A stretch of DNA of 64,000 nt from Marsupella aquatica (Eukaryota > Plantae > Marchantiophyta). Shown one piece after another: positions 30,480-42,641 of this stretch. The translations under genes were made by a program, and so were the position numbers. The DNA is taken from the NCBI GenBank assembly GCA_973895155.1, contig OZ316891.1, positions 1,231,324 to 1,295,323 of the forward strand, read 5' to 3'. The notes under the pieces were generated by a model. It did not search any database. It worked only from the letters and a program-made list of their open reading frames with translations, and was not told the origin of the DNA. Positions within the stretch are counted from its first letter, which is position 1. Each line of letters opens with the position of its first letter.

Positions 30480-33400
30480 ATGGCTTCCCACACCGTGTGT
30501 TGCGGTGTCAATTTTTGGATTTACATCCTCATCATTGTCGGCTTGGTCATGTTCGCGGGCATGATGTCTGGTCTCACTCTCGGCCTAATGTCGCTGGGAC
30601 TTGTGGATTTGGAGGTTCTCATGAAATCTGGCACACCGGACGATCGTAAGCACGCTGGTGAGTTTTCCTTGACGCCCTAGGTTGTGCATTTCTCCTTTGT
30701 GCCCACCAAATGCTGTATCGATTCTCTTTATATGTACTGTGCCTGGGACAAATGAAATAGGAGCTCCTACACCTCTGCCTTGATCTTTCGCAGTTGCTCA
30801 CTTTCGTTGGCTCGCACTCGGTCAGTGTTTTTAGAATTACTGCTCCCTGGTCGTCTGGGAACGCCTCGGAGTGCTCTCGACCTTGACTTCGCTCCGCTAC
30901 TTCGGGGTTGGAATTCACAAGAAAGGCGCCTCATGTTCAACATAAGAAAATATCCGCGGTTCGTAATTTTCTCAACGTGACGTGCATGTAGGACTAGGGA
31001 CGGTCCCGTTTTCCCCTCGAGGTTCTCATTCTGGATTCCCATTCGCCAAATTTCAATAACGAGAAATCCAGCTCGTCGTGTGATAAGAAAGGGTGCCATC
31101 TCTAGTCGAGCTTGGATCTGCTTTTGGCGCTCGAACTTTACTTCGCGCCATGGATACCTATTTGCAAGAAATCTGCACCTACATTTGTTTCAAATATGCC
31201 GCAGTTTCGAATTTCCTCAGCTTGAGTTCATCAGCTTGAGTTCATCAGCGGCTTGCAGTGCTCGACCTTGACTTTGTTCCCTTGATGCCTGCCATTCGCA
31301 AGAAAGACGTGGAGGACTTGAAACTTAGAACATGTTGTTACGTCATAGTTCTTGATGCCTATTTCCGAACAGTTCTGCCGCATCGGCCAGGGCGTGACTC
31401 GTAGCACCCGACCTTGACTTTGCTCCTGGCCCTTGCTATTTGCATAAAACAAGCTGTCGTCGTCGACATAGGAAATTTCGCCGCAGCTTGTAATATCTTA
31501 CGGCCATTTGCCAAAAATAAGCTGACTACTTCACCAGAGGAAAACTAGCCGCAGCTTATGTTTTAGCTCGAAATCTGTGTCTCGTTGTCATTGAGTGACT
31601 TGTTGCGCTCGACCTTGACATCGCTGCTTTGACTCTTCCTGCTTACAAGAAATATTCTAATTACTTTCGCATTGCAATTTGGATTCGTAAGATTTGAGAT
31701 TAATGGTATAGAGGAATGCTGCTGGACCTTGACTTTGGTCCCTTGAGACGTCGGTCCTTTACGATCGGGAATTGATGGTAGTTCGTACGTCTTAGCTCGA
31801 AGTCCTTTGGGAATGGCACTTGCTGTCATTGTTTTTATCTGATTTATTTTCTATCTTACTTGTAATCTATCTACTGCGATGATGAGCCGACGGACGTACT
31901 TTGCGACCAAACGTCATCCATGCGTTTCATTGTCAACTCCATCGACTTATAAGACTTAAGCCCGGAGTCCGTCAGCGTCTGTTGCTTCTCAGTTTCTCTC
32001 AGAAGCCTTAGGCTGGCTCGGAAGAAAGCAAGGGAAATTTGCCGGTTGCCCTCTCACTGCACACTGGAGCTCTACAACCCAGTGTGCCCTCGCAAGCAGC
32101 TAGTCTGACAGGCGCAGCATGCTGCAGGTTTCCTCATCTTGCAGTCGGGGCTAAGAGTTCGCTAATCTGCTGTGTATTTGAGGAAATATTCTCTTCCTTT
32201 CAGAGACTGAATTCAACGCATCAGTAGCGACGATGCCTGACGTTGATCAGCTAGATCTCGAAATCCAATCTCAAACTTCCCTCTCTGATGTTATATCTTT
32301 CTTGTTGCAGCAAAAATCCTTCCAGTCGTGAAAAATCAGCATCTGCTGCTTTGTACCCTTCTGATAGGGAACTCGCTGGCTATGGAGGTGAGCAGTCCCA
32401 GCAAAGACTCTCAATTTTTCTTACCGCAATCAAAAGTCTAATCTTGTCTTCGTTCGCAACTTCTGGTGGATCCCGATTTAGCGGCTTCGTGGACTGTCGT
32501 GCATTGTTCTATCATAACTTTCTGCAAGGGTTTTACAATGGCTTTTCCAACTTTATGATTGAATGTGCAGGCCCTCCCCATTTTCCTCGACTCGTTAGTG
32601 GCAGCCTGGGGCGCAATTTTAATTTCTGTGACCTTGATTCTCATGTTCGGAGAGGTTACTCTCGCAACTCGCCTTGTCGAATCTTTCATATGTAACGAGA
32701 TTATTGCATCAGAGGACAGAGTTTCTTTTCCAGTCGCCGATAGTTTTGCGTTCTTCTTTTATGTACGGTGGATTTCAACACACTCTAGTGCTGGACATGA
32801 AGTGCTTGTACTTTTTGTTACTCCTGACATTTGCAATTGTCGATGGAACTCAGATATTTCCACAAGCTATATGTACCAGATACGGCTTGGCAGTTGGAGC
32901 GTTCATGGCGCCATTTGTTCGTGTGCTTGTTTTCGTCTTCTTTCCTGTCGCGTATCCAATCTCTAAGGTAAAAGTAATGCTCAGTTGCTTGCGACTCTGG
33001 ATTTCATACTGTAGAAAGGGAATATGCACGGCTCTCTAAATTACCACTGTTGACACAGTGCGATTATGCACAACTCCCTGTTATAAGCTCTCTGTCTCCA
33101 GTAGGATTTTGGAACAGAGTATTGACTTCTGCGTGTTTAATTCTCTTCCTAACGTCCGCCTCCCAACAGCTTCTGGACAGGGTCTTGGGAAAAGGCCATG
33201 TGGCGCTGTTTCGTCGAGCAGAGCTGAAGACTCTAGTAGACATGCATGGCAATGAGGTGGGTATCTCTATGTTTGGTTTTTTTCTGTGCTTTGTGAATGG
33301 ATCCTAAAATGATTAGAATTTCGTTATAGTTTAATGTTCGGTAATGCTCGTTCCGATCTTCTTATAGGAGAAATATGTCCATCACTTGGAAAACATTTGA

Positions 33401-36034
33401 AGTTACATTGTACGAAGAGCATCCAATGGAAGACAAGGCATCATGAAGCAGAGTATTTTTCATGTTAAGAGCAGGGACTCAAGAGGATCAGGCACGGGAA
33501 GATTTTGTCGTTCGGACTCTAAAAATGTGGATCCCATTGCAGGCCGGAAAAGGTGGAGAACTGACGCACGACGAGACGACGATCATAGCTGGCGCTTTGG
33601 AGCTCACAGAGAAGACCGCATTTAATGCAATGACTCCACTTTCCGAAGTCTTCTCAGTGGACATCAACGCCAAACTGGACATGTTGATTATTCTCTTTCT
33701 GGATGCTGATTCATATACCTCGTTTGATTAGTTTGAATGAAGCTTTTCTCCTTCCTTAAGAAGAATGAAGCTATTTTAAGCTCAGATCTTTACTGTAGCA
33801 GGAACTTTGACTACACTAGAAAGTCGTGGCAGTACTATCCACAATGTTCTTTCATTACAAAGATGTCGTAGTTATGGTTATGTTCGAGGAGCGAACATAT
33901 GAAGCAGATTTTTAAATGAGTGAAGAAGCTTATCTGTAGTTCGGGTTGGAGTGCATTATTGTAAGCATAGAACTAGTTATGTCTATGATGATCTAAACCT
34001 TAAATATGATGATCATTTCAGGCAAATGATGAATCTGATCATGGAGAAGGGGCACAGTCGCATTCCTGTTTACTCCGGAAATCCTGCGAACATCATTGGC
34101 CTTATCCTGGTTGAGCTCCTAAACATCGGCTTCATCTTGTGTAGTGATGGGTATCCTCTGGGTACAAGTTCTTACGTTTTGTTACTGAGACGTTTTCCTG
34201 CTATTCTCATGGCTGCTGTGTCGGTCAAAACTAGAACGACCTTTGACTGTGGTGAAATTGGGACGGACATTCTTGATGGGCCTGACATTCTTGATGCACC
34301 GTACGCAGGTGAAGAATCTGTTAGCCATTCGTGCTCAAGATGAAGTACCTGTACGAAATGTGACCATCCGTAAGATTCCTAGGTGGGACTTTCTCGCTGT
34401 GCGATTTCATGGTGCATATTTACCATTTGTATTAATCAAGTGACGTCTCGTTAGGTTGAGAGACAGTACCGGTCAAGATTGCTCCTTTTGTAGTTAAACG
34501 TTATAGTAGCAGAATTCTGGCTAAAGCATGGGGAGGGCTTACTGACCCAATCGGTACATTTTGGCCGGGTTTTATTTCAGGATTTCAGGAGCAATGCCCT
34601 TGTATGACATTTTGAATGAGTTCCAAAAGGGACACAGTCATATGGCAGTTGTAGTGAAGTATAGCAAGGAAAAATCAGACAGCCTGCTGAGGAGCAAGGA
34701 TGGATCAAAGGGTGATCGGAAGCTAAGTGCCCGAAGACACTCTAGGCGAGCTTCTGACGCAAAAGGTCCGCTGTCAACATTCTCCATTTCCATCAGTCTC
34801 TCATGTCGTACTTGTAGACAGAAAATTCTCGCAGTACCTGCATTTGGGGAGAACACTTGAGATGTCCCAATGAGTCACGTGTTCTTTCCGGTTAGATGTA
34901 AATGGTGGTGGTCAACGTCTGTGAGATGCATATCGGCAGGTCTGTTGTCCATGCGATATTGCCGATATTGCGAAACTGTCATTCACTGCCTTTGAAATAA
35001 CGCCACAAATTGAATATCCAATTGCAGGTATGAACAGTGGTTACAAGTTTTTGGCTCTGGATATCCCTGAAGGGGAGGGTCCTCCTTCGGAAACCGGTTC
35101 ACCTCAGAAAATTCCGTCCTGGGCCGGAAGCGCAACTCCAGATAACTTACCTTCTTCCAACTTGTCGAAAATTGGAGGAGTGGCAGTACCCAATCCGGCT
35201 GGTATCCCACTCAATGGTACTGATAGTGAAGCTCCTGAAGCCGGCGGCCCCGTTCTGCCCACGAAATCTAGGAAGCGTGAAGCTCCTGAAGCCCTTCAGT
35301 TGGACATGAGCCCAGAGTCACTCCTGAACTTTCCAAATGATGAGCAAGTTATTGGTATCATCACAATGGAAGACCTGATCGAAGAACTCCTACAGGTAAA
35401 CAAATCCTCTCGGCTCGATGTTTGCTCTGAAGATTTCAAATCAGTATTCGTCTCAAACAGCACAGACGTGAAGTATCCCGTTTTGAGCCAAATGTAGAAA
35501 TGGTTAACTTCATATGTATAGTTTCCTAAGCCCTGTGTGCTCTACCAGGAAGAAATATGGGACGAAACAGACGAGTACATTGATGTCCACAACAAGTAAG
35601 CAAGCAAAATTTCGCCTTGCCTGTTCTTCCTTTTTTCATCGTTTCAGAGGAGATCAAAGGCGTGGCTCTTTCCTCCATTTTGTGCCAAAGACGGGATCAC
35701 GTTGTCCTGCTCCGTTCACTACAACAGAATAACTGAAAGCAGCTCTGAAGTTGATGTTGTACTTTTTTTGTTCAGAATCAAAGTGAACCTGCTTCCACCT
35801 GGGGGGAGATCTCCTGCCTCAGTTCAGTCGTCATCACTCCTACCAACGGCTACCTCTTCATATCCCCTGACTCCTGCTCCAGAATCTCCGGCTCCAGAGT
35901 CTCCTGTTCCCCATGCTCCAGTAACAACACCCGCATTGAGTTCTGCATCAGGATCACCTTTGGTAAATTTGGCTGATTCAGCAGGCAAACATCATCGCCC
36001 GCACTTGAAGACTCTGCTGCAGGTAGAAACCTAA
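30480..36034 (+). CDS. CNNM/DUF21 transmembrane + CBS-pair protein (CBSDUF family, putative Mg/metal transport)
   Basis: 12 GT-AG exons: 30480-30657, 32311-32387, 32571-32654, 32854-32967, 33170-33256, 33543-33682, 34022-34109, 34309-34382, 34581-34765, 35028-35395, 35549-35595, 35776-36034. Motifs include [57 protein letters not shown] and [22 protein letters not shown]. Confidence 0.95.
30870..31750 (+). repeat. degenerate tandem array with conserved core CTCGACCTTGACTT in CNNM intron 1
   Basis: The core recurs at ~30876, ~31130 (variant), 31261, ~31408, ~31608 and ~31722. It is often followed by ATT(T/C)GCAAGAAA and ...GCCGCAG(C/T)TT. Confidence 0.7.
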
Positions 36035-37696
36035 AGACCCTAGATTCAGTTTCTATATTCGGCGACCGTTTTCATGGGTTGTTGTGAATATTTATTCGGG
36101 ATTATACATGTCCTAACGTGGTATGGATGTGTCCGTGAGATGATTCAGGATCATGCAAATGCTCCAGCGAAGCCGGGAGTTGATGTGGGCAAGCCGAACT
36201 GAATTTTGCAGCATTGTGTCCGGAATCATACAGAGTCGGGCGTTCCTGTTTTGTTGCCTTTGCTGGTATGTATCGATTCTGAGCTAAGAAGTGTAGTGTG
36301 GACTCACGCCCAGCAAGAGGGAGAGAGAATTGCTCGCAGTTTGTTGACTTGCACAACTCAGTGTTGTAGACGGATATATTTGTTCAGCCACTAGGTAGTG
36401 GAATATGTTATTCATAACTGTAGTGAAATACGCAGTTCTGCCGCGAGTTCGACTGAGTGCAGGCACGTTCGTTGCAGGGTTTGGAGTCAGAATCATCTGA
36501 TGTTTGATGGTGCTGGGTCGAAGGGTGTACAGTATAGAGACGATCCTGTTATTTACGTATGGAGCCGTCCCATTTTTGGATCGTGAGGCTGATAATACTC
36601 ACTTAACTGTACGAGATATCTGGACGACATAATTATTTAGGCTGCTAGTATTCTGAAATTGGTAAACCAGTTGACTTTACGGCATGGTGACACGGGTAGT
36701 ATTTTGAGCACTTATTGACCTTTACATTTAAAATGATGCGCTGTACAGAACATTGAGTTGAGACTTACGTCAGACAGATGTCGAGAATGATGCGGTGATA
36801 ATCGATAATATAATTTGTTTCCAAGAGGCAAATATTACGTAAATATTACGTTTATATCTTCAGATTGTAGACGCGGAATTTGATTTTGTTTCAGATTTAT
36901 ACATTACAATCTGGTCATGTACTTACACGTTCCATTTACGAACCCAATTTCCATGAAGGTTTGATAGGTGTGGAAATAATACTGAGTGGGTTCATCGTTG
37001 TTCCAGTAGCTTCGAAATCCTGCTTGTAAATTTTTCCGCATGGTCCCCAGTCCGCCGATTCAGTTGCCCCTACACTGAAAATACTTTTCCTCTTGAACGC
37101 TCCACAAACGTAATGTTGTGAGTTTTTGGAGTGAGTTTTTGGAGGAAGTAACAAGGAATTTCTCACGTGGAAAGAGAGCAATTGACTAGTTTTCCTCTCA
37201 AACATAAAGCTTCACGGCAGTATCCACTCGCAAATCTTTTCGATAACTCATACATGCGGGCATCAACGTTAGACCTTGCACAACTTTTAAAAGCACGTAA
37301 ACAACATCACGAACCGCTTCTACACGATAGGCCCGATGACAATGTTGAGACGATGACTTCACTCGTGAGACCAGAATTTCCATAATCGATACAGTTGCTA
37401 TGGTCTAGCTGGAAGCTTTTGAAAAAGTCCGTAACATTCTTAAAAACTTGCGCAAATTAGGAGATTCTCAAAGCTTATTCTACAAAAATGAAGCCTGGAT
37501 AGATAGAGAAAGACTCAACGGCAACGTTCATAGCACAGAAGCCAACGATTGACAAGACATCTCTAGCCCTCCGAGTACTAACCGGATCACTCTGTACCTG
37601 ACCAGTCTGCCTTTCAATCAATGCTTTGCTATGGTCTGCCTTAGACAAGAAACCACTGGCGGCTGCCGAATTACTCATTTTCACTGAAATTGCCAC

Positions 37697-39217
37697 TCAA
37701 ACAATTTGTGTGGATTTATTTAGAATAACCCCCTCGTATTTCACTTGGAACCACTTCATGGCATCCTCTCGTGTCACCCTGTGCTGAATTCCGACGCGAG
37801 ACTTCGCTCTCCTTCTCCTTCCCACTCGGTACCCTGGGCGCTCCAACACCACGTAGAAGTCCATTCCGTAGATACCGGTGGATGGATCGTACCTGTGCAT
37901 TGCAAACAATGAACGTCAGCACGAGAAGCCGACCATCCAAAACATCCAGACCTCCAATAGCTCATCTTTCCCCTGAAATTCAAACAACCCTTCCGACACA
38001 CAGTTCAATAATACGTACTTGATTCCGAGATCGATATGCTCTTGGATACCGAACCCGAAGCAGCCCGTTTCACTGAAGTTCCTGCGGAGCAACTCGTACT
38101 CCTTCACCTTCAACCCGCTCTCCAGCAACTGCATCGCCTTATCCCCTCTGACGGTGACGTAGCATGCAATTTTCTCGTTACGCCGGATACCGAAGGACCT
38201 AACGGTGTACCTAGCCTTGGAGAACACAGGAGATTGGCCGCTCAGCTGCTCTAACACCTGGAACACAAAGGCAAGCATAAGTTGAAGAGATTTCGTTCCG
38301 ATTTCGTAGTTTCCCACAAGGCTAAGGACGAGATTCAGCGTCACTTGTTTTAGTAGGTGAACCTCACAAGAATGTCAGCCAAATGACCCTAGAAGAAACG
38401 AATTCCATTCCACCTAGTTCTTTCATAAACCATACGCAAGAACAACAGACCACTTAGTCTCCATCGAAAACCGTCAGACTAACCTTGGCAGCACGAGTGA
38501 GACGATCTCCACTCTCACCTACGGAGATGTTCAGCACCAGCTTTTGAACCTTAATCTCCCGCATAAGATTCTGCTGCTTCTTTACGGACGCCTGCAGCAT
38601 TAACAAACGCATAACGATTAACGTCCTTCAATGATTGAACGATGTCTGAAATGACGTCAATTGCAACAAATCAACAAATCAACTACCACTTCCGTCCTCA
38701 ATGTCTCTCCCACTCTCCGTCGCGGGAAAGCTCTAACCTAAGTGCGAAGGTGTCGAGTCCTAGAGAGAAAGAGAGAGAGAGAGCCATAACACTGACCAAT
38801 GCCAGCCCTGACCTTCAAACCCTAAACTATTACGACTGAGAAAAACACAGTATACAGAAACATGATATAGGCATCAAAACGGTGGATTGCCCTAAACTCC
38901 ACAACCAAGTCCAACCTAAACAAGCCTTTATGAAACTAGTACTCCCCGATTGAACAACGGTATGAAGAGGCGAGACAGATACATAAGCCGCTGGAAAGCC
39001 AACGCTTACCCTAAACCCGAAAAACTCAAAGCCACCCGCGCAGAAACCCAATACCCGAGCTTTCAAAAAGTCTTAACACCAAAGCCAACATCGCAACAAT
39101 CCCTTCATAATCGCATATCATGTAAAAAGACAATCAAACAGAAGCAGGAAGCGCAACCGAACCCACAATCAACGCCAGCCGCACTTGCAGCTCACAAACC
39201 GTAGAAACCCTTCCCAT
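37697..39217 (-). CDS. RPL11: 60S ribosomal protein L11 (uL5)
   Basis: Exons 38484-38591 ([36 protein letters not shown]), 38019-38257 ([30 protein letters not shown]...) and 37697-37892 ([16 protein letters not shown]...). The start exon is uncertain; the best ATG is at 39217. Confidence 0.93.
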
Positions 39218-39269
39218 CGTCGATGCGTGTGCAACAAAAACCTCATATTCACAAATCGAAAGCATACAT

Positions 39270-39488
39270 AATCGGTCGAGAAGCTCACCATTGTCGCAAG
39301 CTTCGATCAATGACGTGACTACTGCACTAGCTACATCATCAGAAACCACAGGGAGAGGTAATCGGTCGAGATTCTTACCATTGTCGCAAGCTGATATCAT
39401 GGACGTGACTACTGCAAGAACTACGTAATCTAGAATCAAAGAGAGGGGCAATCGGTCGAGATGTTTACCATTTTCGCAAGCTTCGTGG
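39270..39488. repeat. 90-bp tandem repeat (~2.4 copies) encoding 30-aa repeats on the minus strand
   Basis: ATCGGTCGAG...ACCATT.TCGCAAGCT begins at 39271, 39361 and 39451. The minus-strand translation is EACENGKHLDRLPL / SACDNGKNLDRLPL / EACDNGELLDRLCM. Confidence 0.9.
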
Positions 39489-40084
39489 TGCAAGAACCCA
39501 AAAACCCTGACGAGCAGCTCCCGATCGAAAGCTTTGCTACGGCAGCTGAAGAGAGAGCGCCTGTCGCGTTGGGGATACAAGTCGACCTTGCTCAGTGTAA
39601 GGTTCCTGTACAAGTGCAACACCTGGATAATTGCAAGGATCAGCTTTTTCGCCAAAATTTAATTATAGCACAGCATTGGTGTGAATTGCACTTTGTTGCA
39701 GTCTTCATAAGTGCACAGAGAGGTTCACTAAGCGACAATGCTGCATACGAGTTTGGCGAAAAGAAGTCACTTAAAAACATTGTTAAGATTACTTAGTGGA
39801 TTCATGCCACAACCCTAATCTTGTCCGTTTTGGGGTAATCAGGTCGCTCACTCCATTGTTGGGATTAAATACTGGATTCATGCTATGCTTGTTTGCAGGT
39901 GGATGCTGTTAATAGAATTTTGTACCTTTACTTTTGGGTAATGTGGTTGCTCACTCCATTGTTGTTTATAGGATTTTGGGGTATTTTTATGTTTTTAGGA
40001 AATGTTTCTATATGTATTTATAAATCAGGAAACCACATGGAACAGGCAGGACAACTCCACCAGACTCCAGGAGGCTAGAGATGT

Positions 40085-40276
40085 GTAGTTGATTTGTTGC
40101 AATCCAGGTCAGGTCAGATCAAACATAATCAATTGTTGAAGGACATTAATCATTTGATAATCAAATGCGCAAGCGTCTGCAAAGAAGCAACCTAATCTTA
40201 TGCTGTAGACCCTAAAGACGAACATCTTTGTGGGTGAGTGGGGAGATGATCTCACTTGCACTGCCAACGTTAGTCT
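40085..40276 (+). pseudogene. RPL11: inverted partial RPL11 pseudogene (intron 1 end + exon 2 + donor)
   Basis: 40173-40268 reads ASAKKQPNLM...NIFVGEWGDDLTCTAN followed by GTTAGTCT, matching RPL11 exon 2 and its donor GTTAGTCT. Upstream, GTAGTTGATTTGTTGCAAT and TTGAAGGAC.TTAATC match RPL11 intron 1. The acceptor AG is lost and there is an internal deletion. Confidence 0.82.
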
Positions 40277-41807
40277 TTACTCAGTCTGTTGCATGTTTCA
40301 TTTTTCTTTATGGTTTTGGAAACATCCCCGCTCTTGCCGATGTTGTATATATTTGCGCACCTCAAAGCTCCATTGTTAGGGAAGATGAAATTTTTGTCAT
40401 AAATAATTGGCCATGGCTTTTTCACTTTTATGCACAAATGGTTTGTTTTTCACTAGCCTCTGCAGTGACTTAAGGTCATGGCATATGACCAGTCTTTATG
40501 GCAAAAACTTATGGATCATGAATGTGGAAATCTGTATTTTTATGTCCTTACTGTAACTACCACGTAAAGGTCCATCAAATTAAAAGGTTTGAGACCCTCT
40601 ATAATAGGCTAAGGCAGGGAAGAAAATGTGACTGAATTTAGTCCTCTTTAGGGGACTTGTTGCTTGATTTGAACCCAACCCCAAAAGATTTCATGGTTGT
40701 AGATTACATATATTTGAGAGATGCCTACAAGCCACATTTAGGCACACAAGACACCTTATTAGTTTTAGAGCATTCACAGTCACTGTTTATATGACTTGTT
40801 ATATGAGTGACTGGCAAGATGAGATCTCAATGCACTACTTATTATGTATAGGATAAGATAATGGCAGTCTGGTCCGAGATATTAGCCTGTAACTTTGTGA
40901 CCAAAAAGTGGTAAAACTTGACCTGGGGCAATAGGAAAACTTTCTGAGCTGTCATGGAGCAGGGGTTTAGGCTAGAACCCCTGCCCAGACGTCCATGATG
41001 GTACATAATTAATGTCCAAAAAATGTTTACTTCCAGGCAAGAGATTATGAGAATATAGTTATCTCCAAAAATGGATACACACAGATAACCTGCATTCCAT
41101 AAAGAAATTACTAGTTAGTGGCAGTGTGAGTTGCAACTTTAGGGTTCCCTGGTCCTTTCTTAGGAGCTGGCTGTAAATGTGTGGAGTGTGGTGGGGAACT
41201 GAATTTGATTGGTTGAATTTGAGTTTTCAGGGTTTACAACCCAACATGGGCGTGGATGTTTACAGGTTACATGGCCCAACACTGCAGAAAAACCTGCACG
41301 GCACCTTTGCCAGGTACTATAGTAGGGAAACGTTTTTTTTTCATTATAATTTATAGCCCAAATGGCATAAATAATATCTCCATTTGTGGCATTTTTAGTT
41401 AAACAATTTATACACCCAAAAATCAATGTTTTACATAAATATATTTAGAATATTCTGGAAAGATGCATTACAAAAGTTCTCTCAAGTTTTACAGATTGTT
41501 TTGTGTACCGGTTCGCTTAAGATCAGGACAATTTTTTAATTTTTTTTGTTGAGGGAACCTGTTAGTCAATCACCACGGTAGAGGGGCTACACTGTACTTT
41601 ATGTTGGCATACCGGGGCCGGCATTACGATTCTTTTCACCCGGTATTCTTGTGGTGTTTGCCGGGCACAAACCGTGGCCCGGCATATGCTAGAACTCGGT
41701 TATACCCCTTGTCCGATATAAACTTTCTCGATAGCTCGTCTCTGTGTTTGCGGAGCTGCTCTGAGATCTCAATTGCACATGATTTTGCAGTAGAATCTGC
41801 CAACGAC

Positions 41808-42641
41808 ATGAATCGAATGGCTTCCGTGAGAAAGTCTCTGTACTCGGGTGCCAGTTCAGCTCTCAGATTCTGCAAGGGCAGCAGCAGCAGCAGCAGTGGG
41901 TCGGTTGCCGCTCATTGTACTCCTGTATCGCAAACTGGCGGCTCTAAAGTGAACGGCACCACAATTAGAAATGCTCTGTCACCTTCCCGAGGCCCTCCCA
42001 CTTCGACGCCATTCAGTAATAAATCTAACATCTCGGGATCGGTTCCCGGAAGCCGATGTTACGCATCACAAATAGCCAGGTATGCTTGGGTTTGAACTCT
42101 CTAGTGAAGTTCAATATGAGGAGTTTTCGAGATGAAAGGTTCTTAGGTTTTGATGATAACATAGTCTCTGTATGGTATGAATCTGAGGTGGAACTACGTA
42201 AATTTGATCCGCATAATGGCATTGCTTACATCGTAGTTCTCATATCTGAGGCAGGTGCACAAAAAATAGTTTTGCAATTCCGATTCTGAGTTGGTGGTTT
42301 TGTGCTACAGGTTACCAGGAGAAGTAGGAGCTACACTCTCTTTGATTCCCTACTATAGTGCGCTAGCTGACTCGCGGCTAGTTGCAAGGCTTGGCGCGAG
42401 TGGAGATGCGGCCATTCTTGAGGGTACGCTCACCCACAGAAATCCAGATCTCTAACAGTCAACCTCTGAGCAGGGCATTCTGGATTGCAACTGATTTAGT
42501 CATGCCTCGTGTCTGGAATGGTCAGATAATGAAGACGGTACATAGCGCAGGATTTTCTCTTGGAGGTGTCTGTGCATCACATTCAGTGCTTGGCTGATAC
42601 TATGCCATGCTCTTTTCCTAGATGACTTCGATGGCACGTGA
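41808..42641 (+). CDS. NFD6/NOXY2-like small mitochondrial/plastid protein
   Basis: Exons 41808-42079, 42311-42423 and 42622-42641 are in phase. A Ser/Arg-rich presequence is followed by RLPGEVGATLSLIPYYSALADSRLVARLG (cf. the family motif RLPxExG...SLxPxHSAxAxARL), ending EDDFDGT*. Confidence 0.75.

Noticed and set aside
30870-31750. CRISPR-like repeat-spacer appearance
   Set aside because: This is a eukaryotic intron with degenerate repeats, long irregular and partly homologous spacers, and no cas genes.
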